Shown here: in pieces, positions 1-15,226 of the stretch
Layout of the letters: each line of letters opens with the position of its first letter
Position numbering within the stretch: position 1 is the stretch's first letter
Source: Octopus vulgaris
Lineage: Eukaryota
Assembly: GCA_951406725.2 (NCBI GenBank)
Contig: OX597814.1
Location: 205,034,001-205,098,000 of the forward strand
Reading direction: 5' to 3'
DNA: 64,000 bases
Program-made: the position numbers and the translations under genes
The notes under the pieces: generated by a model
Database searches by the model: none
The model's input: only the letters and a program-made list of their open reading frames with translations
What the model was told of the DNA's origin: nothing

Positions 1-38
1 CAATGAAGATGATGAAAGTAAAAAAGATATATTTTTTT

Positions 39-790
39 ATCTTTTACTCGTTTCAATCATTGGACTGTGGCCATGCTGGGGCACTGCCTCGAAAGGTTTA
101 GTTGAACAAATTGACCTGAGCCCTTCTGCTTTTTTAAGCCTGGGTCTTCTATCAGTTTGAATCGCTAAGTTGTAGGGCTGGGGTGACAGACATAAACACA
201 CACATAAACGTGTGTGTATATATATTCTTTTACTTGTTTCAGTCATTTGACTGTAGCCACGCTGGAGCACTGCCTTTAGTCGAACAAATCTGCCCAAGGA
301 CTTATTCTTTGTAAGCTTAGCACTTATTCTATTGTTCACTTTTGCTGACCCGCTAAGTTACGAGTATGTAAACACACCAATATTGGTTGTCAGCGATGGG
401 GGGGGGACAAAAACAGACACACAAGTATATACATATACATATATATATATTATCATCATCATCATCATCATCATCGTTTAGCGTCCGCTTTCCATGCTAG
501 CATGGGTTGGACGGTTCAACTGGGGTCTGTGAAGCTGGAAGGCTTCGTCAGGCCCAGTCAGACCTGGCAGTGTTTCTACGGCTGGATGCTCTTCCTAACG
601 CCAACCACTCCGTATATATACATACACACACAACGGGATTCTTCTAGTTTCTGTCGATCAAATCCACTCGCAAGGGTTTGGTCAGCCTGAAGATATAGTA
701 GAAGACACTTGCCCAAGGTGCCATACAAAGGGACTGAACCTGGAACCATGTGGTTGGGAAGCAAGCTTCTTACTGCAAAGCCACTCTGTG
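39..790 (-). mobile_element. tRNA-derived SINE (family A) with a duplicated tail segment, interrupted by an RTE 3' tail at ~452-611
   Basis: Head (reverse complement of ...tggttccaggttcagtccc...) lies at 630-790. Tail blocks lie at 39-215 and 225-430. All match the intact copies at 17631, 20895 and 61133. Confidence 0.8.
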
Positions 791-838
<48 letters not shown>

Positions 839-2303
839 CATACTTTAATGTATGTTTTCCAAGGTAGCATGGGTTAGACACTTTGACAGTAGCTGGTAAG
901 GCCTGGTCCTTAAAAAGCACTATTTGGGTGTGGCCGATGCCAGTGCTGCCTGACTGGCACTTGTGCCAAATTTTCTGCACTTTTCAATGTATTGACATCT
1001 GCAACAAGTCTAAGTGCAGTTAATTCAAGAAGTGTTATATGTTAGTCATCATCATCATCATCAAGATGTCTGTTTTCTATACTGGCATAAGTTAGATGGT
1101 TTTTCTGGAATTGGTAAGCCGGAGAGCTGCACCAGGTTCCAGTTTGAATTTGACTTGGTTTCTACAACTGGATGCACGTCCTAATGCCATGCAACAGGTG
1201 CTACCCATTTTTGCCAGCTGAATGGACTGGGGCAATGGGAAATAAGAGCACAGTACACAACCAGGAATAAAGCTATGAACCGAATACCCAAACCCCTAAA
1301 CCACATGCCTCCGTGGCCCATCTAGCCAACATGCATTGGGTTCAGTTCCTGGTCTAAGCAATACATTGTGTTCTTGAGCATGGTACTTCACTTGACATTG
1401 CTCCAGTACACTTAGTTAGATTTGAATACCAACTCATAGATGGTGTAGCCTTCTCTCACCTCCATCTTTCACACCCTCAAAGTGCCACCAAGTGACGATT
1501 TGGGAGCATCTAGAAGGTACTTGCGTCTGATCCTAACAACATCGGCACCTAAAACTATTGGTAAACCATGGCAACTCCTACCATATCGTTTTCCCTGGTG
1601 TGAGATAGCTAGGCTTGTTTCATTTTTCTTGGGACTACATCATACAATATGTTCTTTCTAAAAGCTGGAATGGTTTGAGGAATACTTGACTGCTATATCT
1701 AGCAAGCAGAGCAACCACATAGGGAGCTTCCCCCTCATTATTTCATGGAAATGGTTGGAATTGTAAGGAATTGGTTTAAGTATAATTCAGATGGTTCTAT
1801 GTAAATGAGGGACATGTCTGATAAGAAGAAGAGTATCTGGACCTGGCACAGTAAGGAAAACTGGTGGGCATCCATTGGGGTCCTTACTGCATGTCAGAAG
1901 GGGACAGCTTAGTCAAAGCTGATCTTCAGCATAACAACAACAGCAACTAAAACAACAAACCTTTGACTCACTGATGTTCTTTATTCCAGTGTCATGTTGT
2001 TCCATCCTCCTCCTGTGTTTTGGTTTCAGTTTTTGGCAAGTTCAGAGGAGAGAGTAAGTTGATTGCATCTGCCTCAGTGCTCAACTGGTCCTTATTTCAT
2101 TGACCCTGAAAGAATAAAAGGCAAAGTCAACTCTAGCAGAATTGGAACTTAGAATGCAAAGATGGTGCAGGAATGGCTGCTTACCGACCACACGATTCCA
2201 GGTTCAGTCCCACTGTATGGCACCTTGGGCAAGAGTCTTCTCCTATAGCTTTGGGCTGACCAAAGCCTTATGGAAACTGAAAGAAGCCTGTTGTGTATGT
2301 ATG

Positions 2304-2336
<33 letters not shown>

Positions 2337-2798
2337 ATGTTTGTCTCTCCAACATCGCTTGACAACTGATGTTGGTGTGTTTACATACCCCGTTACTTAG
2401 CAGTTTAGCAAATGAGACTGATAGAATAAGCTTAAAAAGTTCTGGGGTCGATTTGCTCGATAAAAGGCCGTGCTCCAGCATGGCCGCAGTCAAATGTCTG
2501 AAGCAAATAAAAGAAAATGGATGAAACGCTGCTAGACATTTTGCTTGGCATGCTAATGGTTTTACCAGCTCCCTAACTTCAACCCCTCCTGTATGTTTTA
2601 CCACTACAACCATGGTCTCTGCTCCTCTAGAATTACCATCTAAACACTGTCTCTATCCATACTAATCTGGGACACCCACTTCTCATCCTGTCATCACTCC
2701 ACCATCTTCCGCTAATGTGCCTGATTCCCGGAACTGCTACGCAACAGTTTGGTCGGACCTGTCTGTCCAGATCTCCATATCTTTAGAAATAAACATCA

Positions 2799-3200
2799 GA
2801 AGTGGCTGTGTGGTAAGTAGCTTGCCAACCAACCACATGGTTCTGGGTTCAGTCCCACTGCGTGGCACCTTGGGCAAGTGTCTTCTACTATAGCCTCGGG
2901 TCGACCAAAGCTTTGTGAATGGATTTGGTAGACGAAAACTGAAAGAAGCCCGTTGTATATATGTATGTATATATATATATGTGTGCATGTATGTTTGTGT
3001 GTTTGTCCCCCTTGCATTGCTTGACAACCGATGCTGGTGTGTTTATGTCCCCATCACTTAGCGGTTCGGCAAAAAGAGACCGATAGAATAAGTACTGGGC
3101 TTACAAAGAATAAGTCCCGGGGTCGAGTTGCTCGACTAAAGGCGGTGCTCCAGCATGGCCGCAGTCAAATGACTGAAACGAGTAAAAGAGAGAGAGAGAG
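2799..3200 (+). mobile_element. tRNA-derived SINE family A
   Basis: A-box-like gtggctgtgtggtaag and B-box-like ggttcagtccc, a central TA/TG microsatellite, and a tail ending gactgaaacgagtaaaagag. Confidence 0.85.
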
Positions 3201-3274
3201 TAACCACACCAACATCATCAATGTGTCCCTTCTTCCAATATAGGAAGGTTTGTTGATGCATGCACATTGTTCTT

Positions 3275-3598
3275 TAAAGGAGCACTCCGTTGGTTACGAT
3301 GACGAGGGTCCCAGCTGGTACGATCAACGGAACAGCTGGCTCATGAAATTAATGTACAAGTGGCTGAGCACTCCATAGACATGTGTACCCTTAACATAGT
3401 TCTCAAGGAGATTCAGCGTGACACAGTGTGTGACAAGGCTGGCCCTTTCAAATACAGGTTCTACTCATTTTTGCCAGCTGAGCGGACTGGAGCAACATGA
3501 AATAAAGTGTCTTGCTCAAGGACACAACGTTTCGCCGAGAATTGAACTCACAACCTTACGATTGTCAGCTGAATGCCTTAACCGCTAAGCTACAAGCC
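3275..3598 (-). mobile_element. tRNA-derived SINE (family C, CORE-like)
   Basis: Reverse complement reads tagcttagcggttaagg...gagttcaattc (A/B boxes), then tgtgtccttgagcaagacacttta. Related pieces occur at ~1195-1310, 36215-36380 and 37270-37610. Confidence 0.65.
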
Positions 3599-3599
3599 T

Positions 3600-4018
3600 T
3601 TACCTTGGATCGTAGGGCGACCTGTTGTGCTTGAGGTGACCTATTGAGTCAAGTACATCAACATCAAAATAAATATCAAAAGGAAATGGTAGTTGTGATA
3701 CCTCTGCCGGTGGCACGTAAAAAGCACCATCCAAATGTGGCTGATGCCAGCACCGCCTTGACTGGCTTCTGTGCCAGTGACATGTAAAAAACACCAACCG
3801 ATTGTGGCCGTTGCCAGCCTCCCCTGGCACCTGTGCCAGTGGCACGTAAAAGACACCCACTACACTCACGGAGTGGTTGGCGTTAGGAAAGGCATCCAGC
3901 TGTAGAAACACTGCCAGATCAGACTGGAGCATCCTCTTGGCTTCCCAGACCCCGGTCGAACCATCCAACCCATGCTAGCATGGAAAACGGACGTAAAACG
4001 ATGATGATGATGATGATA
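3600..4018 (+). mobile_element. 5'-truncated RTE LINE 3' tail ending in (GAT)n
   Basis: Matches the 3' UTR of the RTE at 30100-30385. Confidence 0.85.
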
Positions 4019-4356
4019 ATATATATATATGTAATGAAGAGGCCCGAAAATCTAACAATGATCTGTTGGTAGGAGTTATCGAATATAACTGATGATGATG
4101 ATGATTCTTGCAGAGTAAGTCTTCGTGTTGAAATGTGTGTAACTCAAAGGCAAAGTTTCAAACAACAGGATTTATTTCCGTTACATTTAAAATTATGAAA
4201 CAACCACATCGGATCGATGAAAATCAACAAATAATTTTAACTGTATGCATTTGCTGACAATCTGCTTAAACCTTATGAAATTCCTAGTGAGGAAAGGGTA
4301 TGTGACAGATGTGATAGAAAGGGTCATCTGTAAATGTGGTAGGTATGACAATTAAA

Positions 4357-4750
4357 TCTCTCTATGTATAAAGCTGAAGTTGTCTGTGTATGGCAGGTTT
4401 GGTATCCTTCAACTAACACTATCTTCTCTGAGACACTGCAGCGCAAGTTGACCAAAATTGAGAGTATGATAGAAGAAGGCTTGCTCTTCCTTCCGTAGAA
4501 GAAAAAATTCAAATCGGACCATGTTAACACCAAACATTATTAATATCAAAAAGGTGCTTGTTTTTTCTATGAAATCCTTATTTTTTATGATTTTTTTTAC
4601 TGCTGTGTCGCCATTTTTCGGTGTATTTCAACCAGGAAAATGTTCACTTAAAGAGAATAACAAGCTACATAATGCAAAGTTTTTACTTTTCAAAAATTCC
4701 AATTCTAAAGGGTCGAAACAAACCCAAGCAACACCGGGCGATACTGCTAG
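4357..4750 (+). mobile_element. Non-autonomous Helitron
   Basis: 5' TC after A, subterminal hairpin (cccaagcaacaccggg), and 3' CTAG followed by T. A near-identical copy lies at 25031-25420. Confidence 0.75.
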
Positions 4751-5791
4751 TAGATTAATAAAGTGTGAATAGACGAATGTCAGCGTGTAACAAATGAGGG
4801 AGGGAGAAAGGAGAGATGCTTACAATAGTTTTCATTTGATCCAGTGACATCATTTCTTGTTCAGCCCCCAAACCGTCTGCAACAGGCTGTCATGATCACA
4901 CGCAGGGAACTGACCTCTTTGGCTGGTCAGCTGTTCAAATTCATAAGTCTGCAGCTATAGAAAGATGGACAAACCTTAACTAAATATTCAGGTTAGATCT
5001 GGTTCATCTGAACTCAATTTCAGCAAGCTGCTCATTAAAATCTCATTGGTCATTGTTTCAATTGACAGGACTTTACTGGTGAAACATAAAAGGCACCCAG
5101 TACACTCTTTGAAGTGGTCAGTGTTAGGAAGGGTACCCAGCCATAGAAACCAAGCCAAAACAGAGAAATGGGGCCTGGTGCAGCTTTCTGGCTTACCAGT
5201 TCCAGTCAAACCATTTAACTCCTGCCAATATGGTAAATGGATGTTAAGTGATGATAATGATGATGTATCTCAGAAACAATAAGTTGGCTGAAGCAGGTGT
5301 AACATAGGTGTAACTTTGTTTCACCTATGTTCTGAGTTCCAGTTATCCTCTGTAGGTGCAGATGTGGTTGTGTGGTTAAAGGTTTGCTTCCCAACCACAT
5401 GGTTCCAGGTTCAGTCCCACCTTGCATGGCATCCTCCAATACATAACGTACAGGGTGACGGTGCTAAATAGTGATGCATATAAATACAAGCCTGTTAGCA
5501 GTTCAAGTGTGCTTGAGGCATATTCAGATCCATAGGAATGTCATGGAGAGAATTTCTTGCAGTAGGCAGATAGGTGTAAGGTCACCAAGTCCGTTCACAG
5601 CACTCCCTAATCACTCTGAAATGCATCTATTCAATGGTCTGGTTAGGGAATGTTGTAAACTGAGTCATGAATTTACACCTATTTGTCTACACAAAGAAAT
5701 TTTCTTTGGTGACTAGCAGACAGGAGGTAACACACAAGAGAAGATCATGACCTCTACACATCAAACTCTTTTCATTTATCATTCAACTTAT

Positions 5792-7445
<1,654 letters not shown>

Positions 7446-7460
7446 TTATTATATAGAAGG

Positions 7461-7511
7461 AGCTTCTACAGGACTAGTACTGTTTCATTCAAGAGAAATC
7501 TTCAGGAAGCT
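7461..7511 (-). ncRNA. Minimal type I hammerhead ribozyme motif
   Basis: Exact reverse complement of 13271-13321. Confidence 0.7.
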
Positions 7512-8495
7512 ATTTAACAAGAATTGTATTAGCATTTATACATTTAGGCAGGTTTAAAGGAGTGGTGGTGGGGGACTTTTTGGGGGTAGGCATAGCGCAA
7601 AATATCATACTTGGGGGAGTGGTCAAGGAGTCAGTGGTAAGTTAGATGAAAGAATAGATAAATAAAAAAATAAAATAAAAAAATAAAAAAATAAAAAATA
7701 AAAAAATATATAAAAAAATATAAAAAATAAAAAATAAAATAAAAAAATAAAATAAAATAAAAAATAAAAAAATAAAAAAATAAATAAAAAATATAAAAAA
7801 TATATATAAAAAAATATATATAAAAAAAATATATATATAAAAAAATATATATATAAAATATATATATATACAAAAATATATATATAAAAAAAGGGGGATA
7901 GAGTTATAGGTAAATAAGGAGATTCTCACTTATACCTATACACACATGTATACGTATCTACACACACATACATACATACACATATATATATACACACACA
8001 TATACATATATACATATATATACATACATATACATACCTACACATACACACATACATACATACAAATATACATATACATATATATATATACAATCCAATA
8101 CAGGCCCATTCCCTAATTTTAATTTTATTATCTTCATTTATTTCTTTTGTTATCTTTGATCGCTAGGGCTAAGAATCCTGGCAATGGCTGCAGTCCATTT
8201 GTCTGTCTACTAGAAGGCAAGTACTCATTCCCGCACGCACACTCATTAGCACGTACATTCACCCATTCGTACACTCATACACATACACGTACGCGCGCGT
8301 TTTATATTCATACATACAAACATCTACATACGTTCACGTATATACACATACGTACTCGTACCTACAGATTCGTGTCTACACTTTAGGAGGCTAGACTATA
8401 CATATACACCAATAAATATACATATATATATATATATATATATACCCGCATATACATACACACACACATATATACTCCTACATACAGATACATAC

Positions 8496-8539
<44 letters not shown>

Positions 8540-9052
8540 ATATATATATACATATATATATACACATACATACATATACACACACATACATACACATATA
8601 TATACATACACAAACATATATACACACATATATATATACACATACACACATACACACATACATACGTATACATACATACATACATCCATACATCCATACT
8701 TACATGCATTTATACGCATACACACACCCATCTATATATATGCATATATATATATATATATATATACACACTCACACATACATATACAAATCCACGCACA
8801 CACATACACATACATACACGTATACGCATACACGCACATACACATATACATGCGTACCCATACACGTGCACACACGCACGCGCATCCATATATATACACA
8901 CACACACATATATATACACACGTGTGCAAGCATACATACATACTCATACGCGCACACATACTTACAAATACATATATGCACACACTTACACACATATATA
9001 TACATACACATATACATGCATACATACATATATGCATACATACACACACGCA

Positions 9053-9103
<51 letters not shown>

Positions 9104-9418
9104 ATACATACATAGATACACATACGCATACATACACATACACATACATACACACATATATACACATATATATATACACATACACACACACACACATACA
9201 CATACATATATACACACATACATACATATACATACACACACACACATACATATATACATATACACTGATACACATACCCATACTTACACATGCATATACT
9301 TATATCACTACATACTCACATATATAAACATATATACATATACACACATACATATATACATGTACATACACATACGTATGCATATATATACATATACATA
9401 TATATACACACATATATA

Positions 9419-9450
<32 letters not shown>

Positions 9451-9719
9451 TACACACATATACATGTATACATACGCAAAAATGATACACATATATACAC
9501 ATACACACACACAGACAGATGCATATACATACATATATATATATAAACTACATATCTATATAAATACATACATAATACACATATACACACACATATATAT
9601 ACATTCATGCATATACATATACTAGTATACACATACATACACACACACGCGCACACATACATATGCACACACACATATATACAAATACATACATACATAA
9701 ACACATACACACACATATA

Positions 9720-9763
<44 letters not shown>

Positions 9764-10127
9764 CACGTACACATATACATATGTATATATATATCAACAA
9801 GGGAGGGTAAAGTTAATTAGTTATTAATCAATTTCATCAAGTGTTCAGTATGTAAAGGGACCATTATTATTTTGAGTAAACAATGTTAGAGGGAAAAAAT
9901 TCTCTAAGTAGTGGAAGAGGCTAAAAAACTTTATTGGCTGCTATTTCTAGAAAGTTTAGTATGTGGCAAAGTAATTTATTTTATCTTCCTAATCCCTAAT
10001 TATATAATATTTTATACATACATACACATACATAAGCACATACATTTACACATACATATGCATATACATATATACACATATACATACAAACACATATACA
10101 CATATACACACACACACACATACAATC

Positions 10128-10182
<55 letters not shown>

Positions 10183-10581
10183 AATATATATACATATATA
10201 TTTTTACATGCATACATACACACACACACACACATGCGTATATTCCTACTGTACCCATGCATTTCTATACAAATATACATACATACATACGATACACATA
10301 TACAAGCGTGCACATATAATATGTGAAAGGTCTTAGGAGAAAAGGTAATCGGGGGTGCTAGGGGAACAGTGGGGTTGGGGGGGCTGTTCCCCTAGCACCC
10401 CCGATTACCTTTTCTCCTAAGACCTTTCACATATTATATGTGCACGCTTGTATATGTGTATCGTATGTATGTATGTATATTTGTATAGAAATGCATGGGT
10501 ACAGTAGGAATATACGCATGTATTATGTGTGTGTGTGTGTATGTATGCATGTAAAAAAAATATATATGTATATATATTTGC

Positions 10582-10619
<38 letters not shown>

Positions 10620-10989
10620 GTATGTGCTTGTATGTGTGTGTGTGTGTATATGTGTATATGTGTTTGTATGTATATGTGTATATATGTATATGCATATGTA
10701 TGTGTAAATGTATGTGCTTATGTATGTGTATGTATGTATAAAATATTATATAATTAGGGATTAGGAAGATAAAATAAATTACTTTGCCACATACTAAACT
10801 TTCTAGAAATAGCAGCCAATAAAGTTTTTTAGCCTCTTCCACTACTTAGAGAATTTTTTCCCTCTAACATTGTTTACTCAAAATAATAATGGTCCCTTTA
10901 CATACTGAACACTTGATGAAATTGATTAATAACTAATTAACTTTACCCTCCCTTGTTGATATATATATACATATGTATATGTGTACGTG

Positions 10990-11040
<51 letters not shown>

Positions 11041-11294
11041 ATGTGTGTATGTATGTATGTATTTGTATATATGTGTGTGTATATGTATGTGTGCGAGTGT
11101 GTGTGTATGTATGTGTATACTAGTATATGTATATGCATGAATGTATATATATGTGTGTGTATATGTGTATTATGTATGTATTTATATAGATATGTAGTTT
11201 ATATATATATATGTATGTATATGCATCTGTCTGTGTGTGTGTATGTGTATATATGTGTATCATTTTTGCGTATGTATACATGTATATGTGTGTA

Positions 11295-11337
<43 letters not shown>

Positions 11338-11542
11338 GTGTATATATATGTATATGTATATATATGCATACGTATGTGTATGTACATGTATATATGTATG
11401 TGTGTATATGTATATATGTTTATATATGTGAGTATGTAGTGATATAAGTATATGCATGTGTAAGTATGGGTATGTGTATCAGTGTATATGTATATATGTA
11501 TGTGTGTGTGTATGTATATGTATGTATGTGTGTATATATGTA

Positions 11543-11585
<43 letters not shown>

Positions 11586-11664
11586 ATATATGTGTGTATG
11601 TATGTGTATGTGTATGTATGCGTATGTGTATCTATGTATGTATATATATATGTATATGTATATA

Positions 11665-11697
<33 letters not shown>

Positions 11698-12250
11698 GAG
11701 TGCGTGTGTGTATGTATGCATATATGTATGTATGCATGTATATGTGTATGTATATATATGTGTGTAAGTGTGTGCATATATGTATTTGTAAGTATGTGTG
11801 CACGTATGAGTATGTATGTATGCTTGCACACGTGTGTATATATGTGTGTGTGTGTATATATATGGATGCGCGTGCGTGTGTGCACGTGTATGGGTACGCA
11901 TGTATATGTGTATGTGCGTGTATGCGTATACGTGTATGTATGTATGTGTGTGCGTGGATTTGTATATGTATGTGTGAGTGTGTATATATATATATATATA
12001 TATATATGCATATATATAGATGGGTGTGTGTATGCGTATAAATGCATGTAAGTATGGATGTATGGATGTATGTATGTATGTATACGTATGTATGTGTGTA
12101 TGTGTGTATGTGTATATATATATGTGTGTATATATGTTTGTGTATGTATATATATGTGTATGTATGTGTATGTGTATGTATGTGTGTGTATATGTATGTG
12201 TGTATGTGTATGTATGTGTATATATATATGTATATATATATATATATATA

Positions 12251-12290
<40 letters not shown>

Positions 12291-13270
12291 TACGTATCTG
12301 TATGTAGGAGTATATATGTGTGTGTGTATATGCGGGTATATATATATATATATATATATGTATATTTATTGGTGTATATGTATAGTCTAGCCTCCTAAAG
12401 TGTAGACACGAATCTGTAGGTACGAGTACGTATGTGTATATACGTGAACGTATGTAGATGTTTGTATGTATGAATATAAACGCGCGCGTACGTGTATGTG
12501 TATGAGTGTACGAATGGGTGAATGTACGTGCTAATGAGTGTGCGTGCGGGAATGAGTACTTGCCTTCTAGTAGACAGACAAATGGACTGCAGCCATTGCC
12601 AGGATTCTTAGCCCTAGCGATCAAAGATAACAAAAGAAATAAATGAAGATAATAAAATTAAAATTAGGGAATGGGCCTGTATTGGATTGTATATATATAT
12701 ATGTATATGTATATTTGTATGTATGTATGTGTGTATGTGTAGGTATGTATATGTATGTATATATATGTATATATGTATATGTGTGTGTATATATATATGT
12801 GTATGTATGTATGTGTGTGTAGATACGTATACATGTGTGTATAGGTATAAGTGAGAATCTCCTTATTTACCTATAACTCTATCCCCCCTTTTTTTATATA
12901 TATATTTTTGTATATATATATATTTTATATATATATTTTTTTATATATATATTTTTTTTATATATATTTTTTTATATATATTTTTTATATTTTTTATTTA
13001 TTTTTTTATTTTTTATTTTTTTATTTTATTTTATTTTTTTATTTTTTATTTTTTATTTTTTATTTTTTTTATATATTTTTTTATTTTTTATTTTTTTATT
13101 TTTTTATTTTATTTTTTTATTTATCTATTCTTTCATCTAACTTACCACTGACTCCTTGACCACTCCCCCAAGTATGATATTTTGCGCTATGCCTACCCCC
13201 AAAAAGTCCCCCACCACCACTCCTTTAAACCTGCCTAAATGTATAAATGCTAATACAATTCTTGTTAAAT

Positions 13271-13321
13271 AGCTTCCTGAAGATTTCTCTTGAATGAAAC
13301 AGTACTAGTCCTGTAGAAGCT
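13271..13321 (+). ncRNA. Minimal type I hammerhead ribozyme motif
   Basis: Sequence parses as AGCUUC-CUGAAGA-uUUCucuuGAAu-GAAA-CAG-uACUAGUc-CUG-UA-GAAGCU. It has a 6-bp helix I, both core boxes, a GUA cleavage triplet and a palindromic loop III. Helix II is weak. Confidence 0.7.
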
Positions 13322-13404
13322 CCTTCTATATAATAAATTAATTTTACTCTGCTATGTATTGAGTACCTTACTTACTGTGGTTAACCCCGAATCAACCCGG
13401 GACC

Positions 13405-13455
<51 letters not shown>

Positions 13456-13859
13456 ATATATATATATATATTTGTGTGTGTGTGAGGCTGACATTAAAAG
13501 TATTTAAAGTTCCACCCTTGTTCTATGTATTTCTTTGTACCATGTTCCTATCAAATGATATTACAGCCTTCTGAAGGAGTCAACCTTTAGATGTCTCCAC
13601 GACCCTGATTCAAGCAGCCATGTAAAGTATGCTACATAGATGGCTGATTTAATTTTTGAAATAGTTAAAAGTGTCTTTAAATTTGAAATCCCTTTCTTTG
13701 TATCCAGAGCAGTCGTTATAGCAGTCACTTTTACGGCATGTGAGTTACATGTCTTGACAAGCAGAAATAGTACAGCATCAATATGGCTGTTATGCTGGCA
13801 AGTTGGCTTGGGAAAATACCTCAATACCTGGAATATTGATTGTCCTGATACCTAACACC

Positions 13860-14576
13860 CATCATCATCATCATCTTTTAACGTCCGTTTTCCATGCTGA
13901 CATGGGTTGGACGGTTTGACTGGGGACTGGCAAGCTAGGAGGCCACACCAGGCTCCAATCTGATCCGGCAAAGTTTTTACAGCTGGATGCCCTTCCTAAA
14001 GCCAACCACTCCGAGAGTGTAGTGGGTGCCTTTAACGTCCCACCAGCACAGGGAGCCAGTGAGGTGGCTCTGGCAGTGACCCACGCATGAAGGGTGCTTA
14101 TTGCATACCATCAGCATAGAAGCCAATCAGGCAGCACTGGCATCGGCCACAACTGCAATTTCTATTTGATTGTGATTTACTGGACTCGTGCCGGTGGCAC
14201 ATAAAAAGCACCATCCAAACGTGGCCGATGTCAGCGCTGTCTCGACTGGCTCCTGTGCCAGTGGCACATAAAAAGCACCATCTGAATGTGGCCGATGCCA
14301 GCGCTGCCTTGGCTGGCTTCCGTTCCAGTGGCACGTTAAAAGCACCACCCGATCGTGGCCGATACCAGACTCCCCTGGCACCTGTGCAGGTGGCACGTAA
14401 AAAGCACTCACTACACTCGCGGAGTAGATGGCGTTAGGAAGGGCATCCAGCTGTAGAAACACTGCAAGATTAGACTGGAGCCTGGTGCAACCCCTGGCTT
14501 CCCAGACCCTGGTCGAACCATCCAACCCGTGCTAGCGCGGAAAACGGACGTTAAACGATGATGATGATGATGATGA
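13860..14576. mobile_element. Two RTE 3' tails in inverted, tails-outward orientation
   Basis: A (CAT)n-led minus copy at 13860-~14100 joins a plus copy ending in (GAT)n at 14576. Confidence 0.8.
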
Positions 14577-15163
14577 ATAAGTCTCCTCAAGCATAGAATG
14601 TCACCCAATGATTCACAGATACTTTTTTAGTGGGCTGGTTATGTGACACTGGTGTAGGCTATGGCTGTGATCTCACTTTACTTGCTGGGTCTTCTCAATC
14701 ACAGCATATCTCCAGAGGTCTCAGTCTTTCATCATTGCCTCTGTGAGGCCCAAAGTTCAAAGATCATTCTTCAAATATGCACCCAAGTTGCTAGAAATTG
14801 TTTAACTTTTCAGTTCAGCATTAGTGTAAAAACTATACTTCCCACGTGTTGATAGGCACCATTGTCCTGTCCATTAAGCTAATATTCCTTCAGTTCCAGA
14901 TGTTACAGTGCCATTAAGATTTTGACCCTCTAGCTTTCATTATCATTGGTCATATTTTCTGACATCATACTTCAAAGATATGTGAACTTGTTCTCAGTAT
15001 AATGACCTTGATCATTCATAATTAAGTTCAAATTAACATTTGAGCTCAAAATAATGTTATGCTCAAAGTACTGTTAAAATCAGTTTAATGTTAAGCTCAA
15101 GGCAGAGTGAGTGAGTGAGTGAGTGAGTGAGTGAGGGAGGGAGGGAGGCAGGCAGGCAGGCAG

Positions 15164-15224
<61 letters not shown>

Positions 15225-15226
<2 letters not shown>

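Larger units (their letters stand above)
7444..13338. repeat. Giant inverted repeat: arms 7444-10369 and 10384-13338, 14-bp G-rich spacer; probably the non-coding 3' region of a Penelope-like element
   Basis: Unique blocks mirror each other: 7444-7650 with 13125-13338, 8090-8400 with 12383-12690, 9790-10015 with 10740-10965, and 10320-10369 with 10384-10433. Mirrored ORFs 9911+ and 10417- share the same N-terminus. Confidence 0.95.

Noticed and set aside
4030-4150. CUGAUGA...GAAA near 4089-4140 as a hammerhead
   Set aside because: CUGAUGA is part of a (GAT)n run and helices I and II cannot be drawn convincingly. It is at most a decayed relic.
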